A stretch of DNA of 64,000 nucleotides, taken from the NCBI GenBank assembly GCA_965248265.1, contig CBDFJF010000001.1, positions 1,152,001 through 1,216,000 on the forward strand, in the 5' to 3' direction. Position numbers and translations under genes: made by a program. The notes under the pieces are model-generated. The model was not told the DNA's origin, searched no databases, and saw only the letters and a list, made by a program, of their open reading frames with translations. This document shows, piece after piece, positions 1-9,901 of the stretch. The DNA comes from Candidatus Latescibacterota bacterium. GTDB taxonomy: Bacteria > Latescibacterota > UBA2968 > UBA8231. The first letter of the stretch is position 1. Every line of letters begins with the position of its first letter.

Positions 1-798
1 GGCCATGAAGCGCTGCACCACCGTCTGGTCGCCACCACAAGTACAGATGTACCAGATCACTGAATAGAGAATCAGGCCGATCACGGAAATGCGCACGCCC
101 GGATCGAAGCTGAACAGCGGCTGGTGGTCCCAGTTGTCCTGCCAGGTCGTGGGAAACCAGCTGAAGCCGCCCTGATCGACACTGACCATGAGGATGACGA
201 GCAGAGCCCCCCCGAGCATGAGGATGGTCTGCACGAAGTCCGTGATGACGACCGCCCGCAATCCACCCAGTGAGGTGTAGACGACGGCGACAAAACCGGT
301 GGCGAAGACGATCAGAGGAATCCACTCATCGCCTACCCCGAGGATGACCGCCATGGCCTCGCCCGACAAATAGATGAGAAGCGACATCCACACTAAGCGT
401 AGGACTATGAACTGCGTCGCGCCCAGCAGCCTGATGCCGACGCCGAGGCGCTCCTCCAGCAGCTCGTAGGTGCTGGTGACGTGCCGGCGCATGTACAGCG
501 GGATGAGGCCGTAACCGACGACGAGGTAGATGATGGGAATGGCCAGCATCGTCAGCATCCCCGTCGGCCCCTTGGCGATCGCCTCCCCGGGTCCCGAGAG
601 GTAGGAAATCGTGCTCAGCAGGGTCGCGAATAGCGAAAACCCGATCAACGTCGAGTTCATGTGACCGCTGCCGGTGAAATACTCGTCCGTGCTCTGCTGC
701 CGACGACTGTAGTAGTAGCCGAGGCCCAGCGTCCCCGATGCGTAGCAGGCGATGATCACCCAGTCGACGAAGGCCAACCCGTTTTGTGAGCTTTCCAT
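1..798 (-). CDS. Sodium:solute symporter (SSS family), 3' end outside window
   Basis: Manual translation from ATG at 798: MESSQNGLAFVDWVIIACYASGTLGLGYYYSRRQQSTDEYFTGSGHM...LFATLLSTISYLSGPGEA, a typical SSF N-terminus; the frame stays open to the window edge. Confidence 0.9.
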   Translation of the reverse strand, partial: MESSQNGLAFVDWVIIACYASGTLGLGYYYSRRQQSTDEYFTGSGHMNSTLIGFSLFATLLSTISYLSGPGEAIAKGPTGMLTMLAIPIIYLVVGYGLIPLYMRRHVTSTYELLEERLGVGIRLLGATQFIVLRLVWMSLLIYLSGEAMAVILGVGDEWIPLIVFATGFVAVVYTSLGGLRAVVITDFVQTILMLGGALLVILMVSVDQGGFSWFPTTWQDNWDHQPLFSFDPGVRISVIGLILYSVIWYICTCGGDQTVVQRFMA

Positions 799-862
799 TG
801 GCTCTTTCGGCCGTGCGTCTGGTATAGTTAGGTTTCGGCTACCAAAATGGAGGGCCGAATCG

Positions 863-1405
863 ATGACTGAGCTGGAAACTAAGCATCTGAACACGGATCA
901 ACTAAATTCAGGACTGGAAGACGTATTGAACTCCCCTACTGATGCCGGACGGCTGGAAGCCATCTACGTGCGAGTCGCGGAGGGCGAGCGCCAGACTCCG
1001 CAGCAGGTGCGACTGACGAAACCGGGCGGGGTCCAGGGAGACCGCTGGAAGGCAACGGGCGGCAGCGCCGAAACCCAGGTGACGCTCATGAATGCTCGCG
1101 TCCTGGATCTGGTGGCCGCGGGCAACCGCGAGCGCTGGGGCCTGGCAGGCGATCAGCTGATCGTCGACCTCGACCTGAGCCAGCCGAACACACCGCCCGG
1201 TCAGCGCCTGCAGATCGATGACGTCATCCTCGAGATCAGCGAGGTGCCACACACCGGTTGTCGCAAGTTTACGGCACGCTTCGGCACCGACGCCTCCCGC
1301 TTCATCAACGCCCCGGAGTCCGCCAACCTGAACTTGAGGGGACTCAACGCGCGGGTCATTCAATCGGGCACCGTGAACGTGGGCAGCGAAGTACGTAAGG
1401 TCTGA
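863..1405 (+). CDS. MOSC domain-containing protein
   Basis: GVQGDRW, AGDQL and PHTGCRKF...RGLNARV MOSC motifs; start moved to ATG 863 after a GGAGG RBS. Confidence 0.85.
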   Translation: MTELETKHLNTDQLNSGLEDVLNSPTDAGRLEAIYVRVAEGERQTPQQVRLTKPGGVQGDRWKATGGSAETQVTLMNARVLDLVAAGNRERWGLAGDQLIVDLDLSQPNTPPGQRLQIDDVILEISEVPHTGCRKFTARFGTDASRFINAPESANLNLRGLNARVIQSGTVNVGSEVRKV

Positions 1406-1676
1406 GCCGAACAGAGGGCGTTTCTACCGGTGACTCCCCTCGACGCCGGGAAAAATCCTTCAGCGCATCCCCGACCTGAGAGGGTGGTATGGGCCTTGCA
1501 ATACCTTGGTAATCGCATAGTCGCCCCGTATATTGCAAGGAGCAGATCCAGAAGCAAGTCAAAGCGACGAACTCCCGGCTCGATTCTCATTTCCGCTGGA
1601 CCATGATGGCCATGATCAGCATAGCCGGTCTTCTGTCCGCGATGATCAGGCTGTAATGAAACCACTGGAGCACCCC

Positions 1677-2396
1677 ATGAAATGCGCCCAAACTCTTGCC
1701 ACGATAGTCGTCGGATGCTGCCTTACTGTTGCTGCCGCCGGCGCCGAAATGAACTGGCCCCGGATCGCGCAGGCCATAGAGTTGAACCGCGAACAGGTGC
1801 ATCAGCTCAAGGACGCTGAATCCCGAATGCTGGGCGGCCTTCAGCGCATAGAAACAGCGTTTCAGGCACATGACATAGATCGCCGACGTGCCGGCGAACT
1901 GGTCCGACGTGTCCGCGCAGACTTCGAGCACGCATGGCAGGAGATCGTGACCGATGAGCAGCAGGAGCGCTGGCGACGATTACAGCAGTCCGTAGATAGG
2001 GATACCAGGCCACGGACCGATATTCCTTTGTGGCGCCGTATCGCCACGGTCGTCGACCTGACGCGAGATCAAATTCGCGAGCTCGAAGCAGCCGAATCGG
2101 CATTTCACCAGCGGGTGCATCGGATTGAGAAGGCCGCCAGAGACGGCGGACTGACTCGTCGGGAGGCACACGACCACCTGGTGACTACCCGCAGCCAGTT
2201 GAACCAGGCGATAGTGGAGATCCTCAACGCGCGGCAGCTCCACCGTATCCGTGAATCGCAGGTCTACGACGGAAATATCGGAGACGACGAGGTCGTCGCC
2301 ACGATGCTGCTGACCCTGGATGCTGATCCAGGGGACCAAACAGCGGTATCGGAGCTCAGTTGGGGCCAGGTCAAAGGCGAATTGGTCAGAGATTAG
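1677..2396 (+). CDS. Secreted hypothetical protein with two Spy/CpxP-like helical repeats and a C-terminal WGQVK motif
   Basis: Signal peptide MKCAQTLATIVVGCCLTVAAAGA; repeats LNREQ...IVTDEQ and LTRDQ...ILNARQ; GGAG RBS before ATG 1677. Confidence 0.7.
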   Translation: MKCAQTLATIVVGCCLTVAAAGAEMNWPRIAQAIELNREQVHQLKDAESRMLGGLQRIETAFQAHDIDRRRAGELVRRVRADFEHAWQEIVTDEQQERWRRLQQSVDRDTRPRTDIPLWRRIATVVDLTRDQIRELEAAESAFHQRVHRIEKAARDGGLTRREAHDHLVTTRSQLNQAIVEILNARQLHRIRESQVYDGNIGDDEVVATMLLTLDADPGDQTAVSELSWGQVKGELVRD

Positions 2397-2490
2397 CAAG
2401 ATTTTCGGCCTGCGTTAGAGCCCGCCAATGGTCGAGGTTTGTTCCCCTTTCTGTTCCCGCGTCTGAATCCCGATCTGGAGTGGCACCCAT

Positions 2491-4287
2491 TTGAAAAGAC
2501 ATGATGTTCCCGAAGATCGAACGTGGGACCTGGCGAGTGTGTTCGCCGACACACAGTTGTGGGAAGCAGAACGCCTGGCTGTCACCGATGAATTGCCGGC
2601 CTTGTCTGCCTTCGCGGGCAGACTGGGCGAATCGCCCGAGGTTCTGGCTGATTTCATGGCACTGGACGAAGCCGTGTCCAAACGGGGTGCCAGGGTCGTC
2701 ACCTACGCCCAGATGGAAACGATCGCCGATACCGGTGACGCCGAAGCTCAAGCCAGGAAGGGACAGGCGATCGCGTTGGTGAGTCAGCACGCTGCGGCGA
2801 CAGCCTTTGCCGAACCGGAATTGCAGGCTCTGGGGGACACCTTGTTTACTTGGGCGGATCAGGAGCCGCGCCTGGCGCACTACAGACATTATTTTGACGA
2901 CTTGATGCGTCAGAGGCGACACTTGCGCTCTTCCGAAGTCGAAGAGGTTCTCGGTCTGCTGATCGATCCCTTTTCAGGCCCTCAATCCACGGCCAGTGCT
3001 CTCACCGACTCGGATCTTTCATTTACCGATGCCACCGACAGCTCCGGCCAGTCGGTCCGCGTCGGCCAGACTACAATACCGCCAACAGGCATCCAGAGCC
3101 GCGATCGCGAGCATCGCCGCACAGCCTGGGAGAGTTTCTGCGACGGCCATCTGAGCGTGAAGGATACGCTGGCCAGCAACTACCTGACCCGCGTCAAGCA
3201 GGAGATCTTCACAATGCGGGTACGATCGTATGACTCGGTTCTTCACAATCGACTATCACCGGGCAACGCACCGCCGCAGGTCTTCCACAACCTGATCGAC
3301 ACCTTTAAATCGAACCTGTCGATTTGGCATCGCTACTGGGACGTTCGGAGACGGCTGCTGGGAGTGGACACGCTTCGACCTTACGATCAATGGGCACCGT
3401 TGCAGGACGACGAACCAACGGTGCCGTACGAACAGGCCGTCGAATGGTGCTGCGCCTCCATGGAACCGCTGGGAGAGGAGTATGTCGAGCCACTGCGACG
3501 CGGCTGTGGCGTTGAGCGCTGGGTCGACTACGAACCGAATATCGGTAAGCGACAGGGCGCGGCCTCTGTTGGTGGCTATCTCGCCAGCACGCGTAACTTT
3601 CTCTACCTGTCCTACGACGGTACCCTGCAGTCGGTCAGCGTCCTCGCGCACGAGCTTGGTCACTCAATGCACGGCTATCTCGTCAATGAGGCGCAACCGG
3701 CGATCTATGCCAACATGGGCATGTCTATGGTGGCCGAGACCGCATCCAACTTCAACCAGGCCCTGTTGCGAGCCTACCTCCTGCACGCTCGAGCCGGAGA
3801 CGAGACATTCCAGCTGGCTCTGCTCGACGAGGCGATGTTCAATTTTCATCGCTACTTCTTCATCATGCCGACCCTCGCCCGCTTCGAGTGGGGAGTGTTC
3901 GATCGGGCGGAGCAGGGCAAGCCACTCAATATCGATGTCCTCAGCGGACTGGCGGGAGACCTTTTTGCTGAAGGCTATGGCTCCACCCTCGAAGCTGACC
4001 CGGAACGTACCGCCATAACCTGGGCTCAGTTTCAGCACCTGTTCATCCCGTTCTACACATTCCAGTACGCCATCGGCATCAGTGCCGCCCATGCGATGGC
4101 TCAAGGTGTGTTGGATGGTGATGATGAGGCGCGTCAGCGCTATCTGCGATTCCTCCGGTCGGGTGACTCTGAGTATCCTCTCGATACATTCAGCATCGGC
4201 GGGGTCGACATGACCACCCCCGAACCCATAGAGAAGGCCTTCGGCGTTCTCGACGACATCGTCAGCCGGCTCGAAGCGCTCATATGA
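2491..4287 (+). CDS. pepF: Oligoendopeptidase F (peptidase M3B)
   Basis: TWDL N-terminus, HELGHSMH zinc motif, VAETASNFN, FYTFQYA, 598 aa. Confidence 0.93.
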   Translation: MKRHDVPEDRTWDLASVFADTQLWEAERLAVTDELPALSAFAGRLGESPEVLADFMALDEAVSKRGARVVTYAQMETIADTGDAEAQARKGQAIALVSQHAAATAFAEPELQALGDTLFTWADQEPRLAHYRHYFDDLMRQRRHLRSSEVEEVLGLLIDPFSGPQSTASALTDSDLSFTDATDSSGQSVRVGQTTIPPTGIQSRDREHRRTAWESFCDGHLSVKDTLASNYLTRVKQEIFTMRVRSYDSVLHNRLSPGNAPPQVFHNLIDTFKSNLSIWHRYWDVRRRLLGVDTLRPYDQWAPLQDDEPTVPYEQAVEWCCASMEPLGEEYVEPLRRGCGVERWVDYEPNIGKRQGAASVGGYLASTRNFLYLSYDGTLQSVSVLAHELGHSMHGYLVNEAQPAIYANMGMSMVAETASNFNQALLRAYLLHARAGDETFQLALLDEAMFNFHRYFFIMPTLARFEWGVFDRAEQGKPLNIDVLSGLAGDLFAEGYGSTLEADPERTAITWAQFQHLFIPFYTFQYAIGISAAHAMAQGVLDGDDEARQRYLRFLRSGDSEYPLDTFSIGGVDMTTPEPIEKAFGVLDDIVSRLEALI

Positions 4288-5378
4288 ACATCAGCACCTT
4301 CGAATCCCTCGGGGTTCGGCCCCTCATCAACTGCCGCGGCACCTACACCACCATAAGCGCTTCGCTGCTGCTGCCCGAAGTCCGACGAGCCATGACGGAG
4401 GCATCAACGAAGTACGTACAATTGACGGAGCTCCAGGAGAAAGTCGGCGGGCGTCTGGGGGAAGTCATGCAGTGCGAGTTCGGCCTAGTAACGAACGGCT
4501 GCGCCGCCGCCATCTGTCAGATTACCTGCGCCTGTATGGCCGGCGATGATCCGGAAAGGATCCTGCAGATTCCCGACACGACTGGTATGAAAAACGAAGT
4601 GGTGTTGCAGAAGAGCCACCAGCACGGCTACAACAACGCCGTGCGCATGACCGGCGCCCGCATGATGGAAGTGGAGACGCTGGCAGAAATGGAAGCGGCA
4701 ATCGGACCCAACACGGCGATGCTGTCCGTGTTTGGCGATGCCGCGGATCGCGGTGAAGTATCAGTGGCTCAAATGGTAGGGATCGGCAGACGTGAAGGCA
4801 TCCCCGTTTTCGTCGATGCCGCGGCCGAACGCCCGGACGTACCCAATCGCTACCTCGCCGACGGCGTCGATGCCGTCGCCTACAGCGGGGGCAAATGCCT
4901 GCGTGGACCGCAGTCGTCGGGCCTGCTCCTGGGCCGGCGCGATCTGTTGTGGAAGGCCTTCCTCAACGGCTCGCCACATCACGGAATCGGCCGCCCGTTG
5001 AAAGCCAGCAGGGAAGAGGTGATGGGCCTGCTCGCTGCGGTGGAGATGTGGGTACGGCGCAATCACGACGCAGAGTGGAAAACCTGGGAGCAGTGGTTGG
5101 ATATCATCTGGAACACCGTTCAACACATTCCAACGACTACCCGCGACATGCGGATGCCGGGGCGTTCGAACGTGGCGCCGGTTCTGCAGATCGGCTGGGA
5201 TGCCGATGCCGTGGGCTTGACTCCTGATGCGGTACGCCAGGAGTTGAATGACGGAGAACCGCGCATCGAGGTCGCCACCCACTCCACCGGCGTCGAGTTC
5301 ATGCCCTTCATGATGGAAGAAGGCGAAGCCGCCATCGTTGCCGGCAGGTTGCTGCAGATTCTCGACCGCAGTAGTTAA
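4284..5378 (+). CDS. SelA-like PLP-dependent enzyme (SelA/DgaE family)
   Basis: LGVRPLINCRGTYT, VDAAAE and YSGGKCLRGPQSSGLLLGR (PLP lysine); ATGA overlap with pepF. Confidence 0.85.
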   Translation: MNISTFESLGVRPLINCRGTYTTISASLLLPEVRRAMTEASTKYVQLTELQEKVGGRLGEVMQCEFGLVTNGCAAAICQITCACMAGDDPERILQIPDTTGMKNEVVLQKSHQHGYNNAVRMTGARMMEVETLAEMEAAIGPNTAMLSVFGDAADRGEVSVAQMVGIGRREGIPVFVDAAAERPDVPNRYLADGVDAVAYSGGKCLRGPQSSGLLLGRRDLLWKAFLNGSPHHGIGRPLKASREEVMGLLAAVEMWVRRNHDAEWKTWEQWLDIIWNTVQHIPTTTRDMRMPGRSNVAPVLQIGWDADAVGLTPDAVRQELNDGEPRIEVATHSTGVEFMPFMMEEGEAAIVAGRLLQILDRSS

Positions 5379-5471
5379 GCGGTGAGGGAGCGCCAGACCC
5401 TTGGATACAGACTCCGCAACACGCGTTCGCTTTCCTCCCACCGTCCGGCTTCAGCGTTGGCACACTGACCC

Positions 5472-5857
5472 ATGACGATACTCGAACTGCAGTCGCGGAT
5501 GGAGTCCAGCGCTGCAACAGCGCGAGCGCTCACCGAGTTCTACCTGGAACGCATCGCCGAGATCGACAAGCAGCGACCTGCCCTGAACGCGGTGATCGAG
5601 CTCAACCCCGCCAGCCTGACCGACTGGGTAAACGGCGACACGCATCCGCTGATCAGCTCGACGCCCGCCGCTGTGGCCGGCTGTCCCAACATCACTGTGC
5701 CGGCCGGCTACATCCATGGCCTCCCCGTTGGCATCTCCTTCTTCAGCTCGGCCTACCAGGAACCAACGCTGTCCGCATTGCCTATGCCTTCGAGCAGGCC
5801 ACCCAGGTTCGCCGTCCACCGCAGTTTCTGCCGACCGCCCCACTGAAACGCCAATGA
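5472..5857 (+). pseudogene. Amidase remnant (large internal deletion plus frameshift)
   Basis: Amidase N-terminus (YLERIAEID...LNAVIELNP) joined directly to C-terminal segment (LTDWVNGD...PAAVAGCPNITVPAG...GLPVGISF...EPTL); a 1-nt frameshift near 5772 restores RIAYAFEQATQVRRPP. Confidence 0.8.
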
Positions 5858-7191
5858 GCATGGCAAGAGCAGGCTGGGCGCAAATCGACATCACACCACC
5901 TCTCGGGTTGGCCATGGGAGGACGCGGTTCGCTTTTCACGCCCGGTGTCGCCGTGCTCGACCCCCTGATCGCCCAGGCGCTGGTACTGGAGGATTCCCGC
6001 GGCAAGCGTGTGTTGTGGATTTCCATGGACATGCTCGGTCTGTCCTACCGTGCCACCAGCATACTCCGTTACGAACTGGCGGCGATCACCGGCATCCCCT
6101 TCGAGGCGATCGTCATCAATTTTTCGCACACCCACAGCGGACCGATGACCGGTTTCGAGGGCTATGCCACGACCGTACCCAAACCAGCGCAGCTGCAGGC
6201 CTACGAGAGTGATCTGACTCCTGCGACTACGCGCATGGCCGTAGAAGCCATCAATGATATGAAACCCGTAACCGTTACTGCACATCGTGGCTCCTCGGAC
6301 ATCGGCATCAATCGCCGCCGGCGAAATGCTGAGGGCGAAATGGCCATGGGTCCGGATCTTGAAGGTTTCTACAATCCCGACCTGTGGGTCCTCGACATCA
6401 ACGCCGATGCCGGCGACGGGCGTTGCATCCTGTTCAGCTACGGTTGTCACCCTGTCATCGTCTACGGCTACGCCTGGGACTCGATCTCGGCTGATTTCCC
6501 CGACGCCTGCCGGCGCAAGCTCCAGGAGCGGGTGGGACCGCAGGTGCATGCACAGTTCATGCAGGGCCTGGCGGGCAACGCTCGTCCGCGACGGTTGGCT
6601 GACCTTGAAAAGGGTGTCTTTCGCCTCTCCGATCCGGATGACGCACCCGCTGTCGGGGCTCAATTCGCTGACGATGTGGAGGATGCACTCAAAACAGATG
6701 GAGACACCCTCGAACTCGAGCTCGCCACGGCTGCGGGATTCGCGATGGCCTGCCGCGACAGAACCCGCATTCTGCCCGTCGAGCACTGGAAAGCACTGGT
6801 CGGCAGCGATGATGAGGCGGAACGCAACCTGGGCGAATACTGGTACCAGCGGCTGAGCTCCGGCCTGGCGCCAGTTCAGGCCGTACCCTGGGGGATCGGC
6901 CTGATTCAGTTGGCTCCCAACCTTCGGATTGCCTGGCTTGCCGGTGAGCCGCTAGCCGAGTGGCTGCCCCTGTTGCGGAGCTGGTTCGAGGACGAGAACC
7001 TGATCGCTTTCGGCTACTGTCAGGATGGACGCGGCTATATGCCCACGGACGCTGTGATTGCCGAAGGCGGCTATGAGGTCATTCAGGCGAACACCTACAA
7101 CACCACGGGACCGGGTCCGTTCGCTCCCGGCATTGACGAAGCAGCACGGCGTGGATTTCTGGGGCTGGCCAGGCAAATGGCCAACGCGTAG
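5854..7191 (+). CDS. Neutral/alkaline ceramidase N-terminal domain family protein
   Basis: AGWAQIDITPP, DPLIAQALVL, SHTHSGP, YGCHP, GYMPT...EGGYE motifs; start at ATG 5854. Confidence 0.8.
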   Translation: MSMARAGWAQIDITPPLGLAMGGRGSLFTPGVAVLDPLIAQALVLEDSRGKRVLWISMDMLGLSYRATSILRYELAAITGIPFEAIVINFSHTHSGPMTGFEGYATTVPKPAQLQAYESDLTPATTRMAVEAINDMKPVTVTAHRGSSDIGINRRRRNAEGEMAMGPDLEGFYNPDLWVLDINADAGDGRCILFSYGCHPVIVYGYAWDSISADFPDACRRKLQERVGPQVHAQFMQGLAGNARPRRLADLEKGVFRLSDPDDAPAVGAQFADDVEDALKTDGDTLELELATAAGFAMACRDRTRILPVEHWKALVGSDDEAERNLGEYWYQRLSSGLAPVQAVPWGIGLIQLAPNLRIAWLAGEPLAEWLPLLRSWFEDENLIAFGYCQDGRGYMPTDAVIAEGGYEVIQANTYNTTGPGPFAPGIDEAARRGFLGLARQMANA

Positions 7192-7259
7192 CGGCTCTCA
7201 GACAGTTGGGTGCGCGATGTAGTCGAAACTCACGAATTGCTCTGGACGGACCAGGTTGC

Positions 7260-9677
7260 TCAGAACTCCCTGCTCACACCGATGAATGGTATGATGCCAA
7301 ACCAGGGCTCGGGTTCGATCACTGGGCGAAAGGTCTCCTCGTTGGCTTCTTCTATGTCGTGATCGTAGCGAATGACGTTTTCGTGATTCAGCAGGTTGAT
7401 GATGTGAAGGAAAACGGAGGTCCTGCCTCCAGATGAATGGAAATTGCGGTTGATCCTCAGGTCGATACGCTGATAGGAAGGCACCCGCGTCCCCCGGAAT
7501 ACCCCGCGATCCTGGTAATAGGCGAAGGTGCCGTCTGCTCTCTGCAGGCGCGCGACGGTGAAGTCGGTGTCGGGCCAACCGCTGCGAAACTGCCCCGAAG
7601 CGTTGAAATGCCATGCCGCGTTGAGCCGGTAGTTGGCATCGATATTGAGCGTGTGCCGCTGGTCCCAGGCGCGAGGCAGCTCACCCGTCTGCTTGGCCAG
7701 ACTGCCGTCGTAATGGATTTCCGCTACATCATCCGTCGCCTCGGATAGCACGTAGCTCAGCCACCACGAAAGCTTGCTCCCCGTCTCGTACTTCAGATAG
7801 GTCTCGATCCCACGTGAAGTCCCCCCGTTCAGCGACAACCGCACCAGATCATCCCGGGCTTCGGGAAAGAACTCGTCGATGTCGGTAAACGAGTAGTACT
7901 CATCCTCCAATCTGCTCATGCGTTTGTGATAGCCGTCGGCACGGAAGGAGAAGCCGTTCTGGAAGAGATGCTCGAAACCGACGACGAAATGCTCGGCTCG
8001 CTCGGCCTGGCGATAATCGAGTTTACCGAACTGGACCAGCAGTTCGTTGATGCCCTGCGATTGATAGTAGTACCCCCAACCGGCGCGCAGGAAGGTGGCC
8101 TTGTCCAGGGAATAGACGGCACCCACACGCGGGCTCCACAAATTGTCCTCGGCATAAGAGGTGTAGTCGTAGCGCAGCCCGGTCTCCAGAATCAGCGGAT
8201 CCGTCACCTTGAAGCGGCCGGCCGCGTAGGCACCCAGCTGTTCACCGCTTGGACTGAGATCCGTGTTGAATCGCTCGAACTGCTCGGTTAAACGGTCATC
8301 CTCGGTGATGAACTCGTTGTGGATATCCTTGGAGTAATCGATGGTAGCCTCGAGTTTCTTAACGTCCACCCCCCACTTGAGCAGGGCGTTCGCCCTGGCC
8401 TGGTAGTCCCAATCCTGCTTCACTCCGATCAACGACAGATCGACCCGGTCATGGATCGTGGCGCTGCGAAAGTGCGCTGCCGGATCCAGGTCGAAATTCC
8501 TCCAGTCTCGTCTCTTGGTCACCGATCCTCCGTAGACGATCGTGCGCCCATACAGCTCCGGTGAGAACGTCGACCTGAGCGTCAACCAGCCGTAGGCGTT
8601 GCCATACGCCGAGTCCACGGAGTCGACATTAGTCGACTGGTTGATCTCGAGTACGTTTTCGCTAAGACCATACGTATCGTCAGCGACAAACCCGTGGACG
8701 GACAGGGTGTGCTTGTCATCCAGGTCGTAATCTACCTTGCCGAGCACATCGTAATAGGACGGCTCGAGACTGAATTCATTGTTCATGAGCCGGTTGAGCA
8801 GATCGAGATAGCCCCGCCGTGCCGAGATCAGGTAGGAGCCCCGGCCCTCCCACAGGGGTCCTACCGAGAACGCCCGAGCATTCATCAGACTCAGCCCCAC
8901 GGAGGTCTGGGGCCGCCCTTCGCGCCGGGTCTTCGAATTCATGCTCAAGACCCCGCTCATGCGATCACCGTAGTCGGCCGTAAAGCCTCCGGTCAGCAGG
9001 TCTACGCTCTCGATCGCCTCGATGTCCACGGTACTGAGGATGCCACCCCCGAAGTCCTTTTGGTGAAAGGGCTTGTATATCTGCATGCCGTCGAGGAGAA
9101 CCAGCACCTCATTCACATCGCCGCCACGAATGCTGAACTGCGCCCCGTACTCGTCAGACACAGTTCCAGGGCTGCGCTGCACCGCCCTTGAGATGTCCTC
9201 CGCCCAGCCCATGATGACGATGTCCTCGCTGGAGAGGCTTTGGCGAACGGATGGCTCGCTGCCCATGAGAGCGTAGCTGCCAGGGGAAACGACGACTTCC
9301 TTCAAGGGGATCGGCTGGTCTGGTAGTTCTATCAACTTCAGATCGGCCGTTTCATTGGGGCGGACGACTATACCCTCAAGTCTTTCCGTCCCAAAACCCA
9401 TTCTCTGGACGAGCAGCCAGTGTTCGCCCGGTGCGATCTCCGCGATCGTGAACTCGCCGTTCTGGTTGGAGAGGGTTCCTCTGCGGGTGCCATCAAGAGT
9501 TACGCTGGCCCCAGCCACGGGGGTATTACCGCCCTGGACGACGACCACTCCTTTGATGGTACCGAAATCGGACTCGGCCTGCGGATCCGATGATGCGGCA
9601 GGCACAGGGTAAACGATTGCTGTAGCGAGAAGGACGAGACCTGCTGCGAGGGATCCACCGTTTCTCATCGCTTTCAT
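7260..9677 (-). CDS. TonB-dependent receptor with N-terminal carboxypeptidase-regulatory-like domain
   Basis: Signal peptide, GTIKGVV/GASV/NGEF domain, plug SIRGG...LDG...GGFTADYG, NLLN motif, C-terminal Phe. Confidence 0.92.
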   Translation of the reverse strand: MKAMRNGGSLAAGLVLLATAIVYPVPAASSDPQAESDFGTIKGVVVVQGGNTPVAGASVTLDGTRRGTLSNQNGEFTIAEIAPGEHWLLVQRMGFGTERLEGIVVRPNETADLKLIELPDQPIPLKEVVVSPGSYALMGSEPSVRQSLSSEDIVIMGWAEDISRAVQRSPGTVSDEYGAQFSIRGGDVNEVLVLLDGMQIYKPFHQKDFGGGILSTVDIEAIESVDLLTGGFTADYGDRMSGVLSMNSKTRREGRPQTSVGLSLMNARAFSVGPLWEGRGSYLISARRGYLDLLNRLMNNEFSLEPSYYDVLGKVDYDLDDKHTLSVHGFVADDTYGLSENVLEINQSTNVDSVDSAYGNAYGWLTLRSTFSPELYGRTIVYGGSVTKRRDWRNFDLDPAAHFRSATIHDRVDLSLIGVKQDWDYQARANALLKWGVDVKKLEATIDYSKDIHNEFITEDDRLTEQFERFNTDLSPSGEQLGAYAAGRFKVTDPLILETGLRYDYTSYAEDNLWSPRVGAVYSLDKATFLRAGWGYYYQSQGINELLVQFGKLDYRQAERAEHFVVGFEHLFQNGFSFRADGYHKRMSRLEDEYYSFTDIDEFFPEARDDLVRLSLNGGTSRGIETYLKYETGSKLSWWLSYVLSEATDDVAEIHYDGSLAKQTGELPRAWDQRHTLNIDANYRLNAAWHFNASGQFRSGWPDTDFTVARLQRADGTFAYYQDRGVFRGTRVPSYQRIDLRINRNFHSSGGRTSVFLHIINLLNHENVIRYDHDIEEANEETFRPVIEPEPWFGIIPFIGVSREF

Positions 9678-9901
9678 CTCCCGGTTTTGCTCGGACTACT
9701 CCACTCCGGGATGGCGCAAAGATTGTACCATCCTCCGCTTGCCGCCCTCGGGCACAGATCTACACCGAAAGAGCAGGTTTTGTGGCCTTCACAGGTGGAG
9801 AGTAATCGAGCGACCTGCTGAGAATTCAGCGCTGAGAAACGAGCGCTGTGAGCGATTGGGGGTGCCGAAAGTGGAGTTTCAGCGCTGAAGTCGATCCAGA
9901 C

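Noticed and set aside
4284-5378. Calling this gene selA
   Set aside because: It is shorter than true SelA and has no selB or selC nearby; it fits the SelA-like/DgaE group
9713-9728. sigma54-like TGGCGC-N5-TTGT
   Set aside because: It lacks the -12 GC and faces away from the TonB receptor gene
9825-9889. Two TCAGCGCTGA palindromes forming a long imperfect hairpin
   Set aside because: No U-tract and no further copies seen; function unsupported
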